Positions 63,674 to 64,000 of a DNA stretch of 64,000 nt are shown here, in pieces. The number at the start of each line of letters is the position of its first letter. Within the stretch, counting starts at the first letter, position 1. Origin of the DNA: Epithemia pelagica (Eukaryota > Protista > Bacillariophyta). The notes beneath the pieces were generated by a model. The model did no database searches. It saw only the letters and a list, made by a program, of their open reading frames with translations, and was not told where the DNA came from. The translations under genes were made by a program, and so were the position numbers. Where the stretch lies: NCBI GenBank assembly GCA_946965045.2, contig OX337237.1:3162001-3226000 (forward strand), written 5' to 3'.

Positions 63674-64000
63674 GACTTTCGGATCCTTGCCGTCTCCGAT
63701 TCGAACCACACACACATGTACACGATCATGTTGCTGCTGGACGAGGTATTCCCTGCGGTGGCACAGTTGGCTACCGTGTCGAACGAGTTGCGCGCACGGC
63801 ACCCACACGAGAATGAACCAAAGGCCGGGTGCCAATACTCGTTGTGTGGTTCCGCAACTCGTGGTGGTGGTCGTTCCGTCACTCGTGGACCGAGACTGTC
63901 TGTGGCACATGCCGCAACAACCAGAAACGATTGCATAAAACAGAGCCACACAAGAACGGAAAGAGCTACATTGACTGCCCAGGAAAAGACTTGGGGCCAC

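Larger units (their letters stand above)
50866..64000. repeat. Tandem segmental array, 4,384-bp period, at least three units, open at the right window edge
   Basis: ORFs recur at exactly +4384 (53080/57464/61848 and 54905/59289/63673). From about 52961 the units look near-identical; 50866-52960 is a diverged copy whose homology starts at tagattctattctctctagcga (50866 vs 55264). Confidence 0.97.

Overview
Eukaryotic nuclear DNA, most likely from a raphid pennate diatom. The evidence is short GT-AG introns, bipartite plastid-type N-termini, RXL propeptides, GDPH/VWD proteins, a PebA-type bilin reductase and CAA/ACG-rich low-complexity coding DNA. I found no rRNA, tRNA, CRISPR array or autonomous transposon. 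From left to right the window holds: a decayed BCS1-like AAA ATPase; a GT61-like glycosyltransferase with a pure (CAA)61 tract; a low-complexity coiled-coil protein; three tandem secreted Cys-rich/GDPH-VWD genes with Lys-Gly-Met-Tyr tails and a spliced acidic last exon (only the middle copy is intact), with a MITE-like element between copies 1 and 2; a small plastid-targeted ORF; a 2OG-Fe(II) oxygenase/ankyrin protein; a degenerate 1.5 kb duplication; a class-3 lipase homologue lacking its nucleophile motif; a CAP59-like glycosyltransferase; a six-exon KDM5-like JmjC demethylase; a YghU-like GST broken by an in-frame TAG; pebA; a 1.6k-aa disordered protein; and a dynein light intermediate chain-like gene. 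From about 50.9 kb to the window end is a 4,384-bp tandem array of a Kelch-propeller/coiled-coil gene plus a C-terminally anchored membrane protein. The two strongest leads are the putative adhesive-protein cluster and the Kelch array, whose paralogues differ mainly in the ligand-binding loops. All family assignments come from motif recognition by eye, not from database searches.
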